64,000 bases of DNA from Camelus dromedarius. Its lineage: Eukaryota. A program made the translations under genes and the position numbers. Numbering within the stretch: position 1 is the stretch's first letter; every line of letters begins with the position of its first letter. Location: the NCBI RefSeq assembly GCF_036321535.1, contig NC_087438.1:5334001-5398000 (forward strand), read 5' to 3'. Below the pieces are notes generated by a model. The model saw only the letters and a list, made by a program, of their open reading frames with translations, did no database searches and was not told where the DNA came from. This document shows, one piece after another, positions 62,116 through 64,000 of this stretch.

Positions 62116-64000
62116 CGCTGCAGAGCAGGGCTGCAGACCCGCGCACTGCGGGCGCAGGTTCACCTCTGTCCGTCAGCAGCTCTCGGGCTGCTTCACCCCC
62201 TCCTCTTCTTCATCAGCCCCCACCAGGCTGGCGTCTGCACCCACGAGTTTGTATCTACACCACTCACCCACTGCTGCTCCCAGCCCTGCCTTAACACGGC
62301 ACTCCTTTCACAGGCGCCCTCATCACCCGCACCCACAAAACCTGGCTTCTCAGCTACCCTGGGGCTGCATCCTGACTCCTTCCCCGTCACCAGTGTTAGT
62401 AAATGAGTGTTTGCCTTCATGGTAGGGCGGGAAGAGCATGACTTTCAAGTGAGACTGCGCATTCCTTACCATCAGAGCTGAGCTTTCTGCACTTCAGTGC
62501 CCTTTATATACAATGGCGATCATACTCATTTCACAAGGCTGTTGGGAAGATGAAATCAGTATGCAGACCGCGCCGTGGCCAGAGCAGGTGACACAGATGC
62601 CAATGGAAATAATAATACAGCTGTGGTCTGGACAGTTTCTATACTGACACCACTGCCTCCTCCAGCAGGGGAGATAAAAGGGTTTGGGGGCATAAATGAA
62701 ACACGATACGTCCTCACATCCATGCAGGGAGTTTTCACTCCATAGGAGCTATTTTTATTTAGACCATTTCTTTAGAATCTTGGTAAGATCATCCTAGAAA
62801 TATTTTGAAGTGCATTGAAGATCTTCTGCAAGTTTATTATGTTTGATTGGGGGGATAACATGCTTGATAAATATTAATATGAGTATTAGTTATTTTTATG
62901 AGAAATGAACATCCCTTTTGCCTTTTGTAGCCTACCTGTTTCTCTAGTTATAAACAAAAAACTTTCTACATATTGTTTGTAAACCAAAATTTTCTATTTA
63001 TTGTTTAGCCAAATATTTAGTTTGACAACAAGATACGTTCAGTTTGTCAAATACATTGGGTTTTCAAGGATTCATGTATTTTTTCTTAAATACAAAAAAA
63101 GAGGCAAAGTTATCTAGATAAAAGCCTTTAGAAATTCAGCTTTTGTTCGTAGTCACCTCCGCATTTCCTGCTCGCAGGCGGAGCATAAACGCACAGGAGC
63201 TTGTAGGCACCTAGTCAGAGCGGGGCTTTAAGTCTGCCTTGTTGCTTCATTTGTGTTGTTTAAGTGAAACAGTACTTTCTCATTTTAAGCTTAAAGGCAA
63301 CGTGACTAAATGGTTGGTTGTGTTACGTGTAACAACTGATTGTGGTTTTTAAAAGAAGCAGGCATTTGTAAAAAATAAAATGTTCCGTCGAGAGGAGACT
63401 TGCATTCCAACCCCACTCTCCTAGTCCCGCGAGCTTGCACCAGAGAGGCAGATGTTCCACGATGACTGTCGGTGTCAGCAGAACCGGGGGCTTGCCCACC
63501 TTGGTGGCCCTTCATCTTCCCATCAGGACCTCATTCCTTTCCAAGCCCCACAGCAGCCCCCTGCTTGTTCCTGGCAATAGCCTTTAGACTTCAAGCCCTG
63601 ATAGCAAACTTGTGGTTTCAAGTATGTTTTTCTTGACTTATGTAGACTTTTTTTTTAAAGGACATCTCAATTAAAAAAAATTATCATTGCCTGCTTCTCC
63701 TGAAAATTGTTAGGTCCCCTAATGGTCATTCCTGGTGACAACAGTCATTGGCTGGAGCAGAGAAGCAGCTGCTCCATTTGGACTTGGCGCCTTCTCCAGT
63801 TTACCACACTCCACACCATTCCCTATTGCCCCGTTTCCTCGGCTGCACTCTGGAGCCTCACCGACTCACCCCCTGAAGGGACTTTGCCCACCCTATCGTA
63901 AAGGAAGTCCATCTTTCATGCCCAAATCAATGAATGGGGTTAACTCCGGTCTTAGCAATTACGTAAATTGGTTTTGATCTTCTAAAAACAAATTTTACTA

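Noticed and set aside
58652..64000. Next ADCY2 exon (EPERQYMHIG...) or a second gene
   Set aside because: No matching sequence found; the remainder is intron, so exon 23 lies beyond the window.
1..64000. Prokaryotic-type systems (CRISPR arrays, operons, defence islands)
   Set aside because: The sequence is clearly mammalian intron/exon DNA, with no regularly spaced repeat-spacer array and no long intact ORFs.

Overview
Mammalian genomic DNA, probably a camelid (camel/alpaca/llama), judged from tRNA-Ala-derived Vic-1-type SINEs and artiodactyl-type L1 3' ends. The whole window lies inside the adenylate cyclase 2 gene (ADCY2, + strand). Eight coding exons are present (exons 15-22 by recalled human numbering): 2270-2354, 15064-15201, 20749-20874, 26931-27100, 41239-41323, 46361-46519, 56667-56813 and 58544-58651. 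All have canonical AG/GT sites and consistent phases. They encode the second transmembrane cluster and the start of the C2a catalytic domain. The rest is intron containing L1 pieces (including a 3.9 kb doubly deleted L1), SINEs, MIR/L2, MaLR LTRs, hAT fossils and microsatellites. Nearly all ORFs in the supplied track are spurious or repeat-derived. I cannot support a new protein-coding system. The best leads are: inverted L1 3' ends bracketing in-frame exon pairs (candidate stop-free circRNA); a perfect 36-bp templated duplication carrying a fused 3'/5' splice site; a GC-box/G-run array behind a weak donor; an intronic CATAAAA/CArG/Inr promoter-like element; a 2-residue insertion in exon 17; and AT-to-GC remodelling of old repeats. 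Repeat subfamily names and exon numbers come from memory and need database confirmation.
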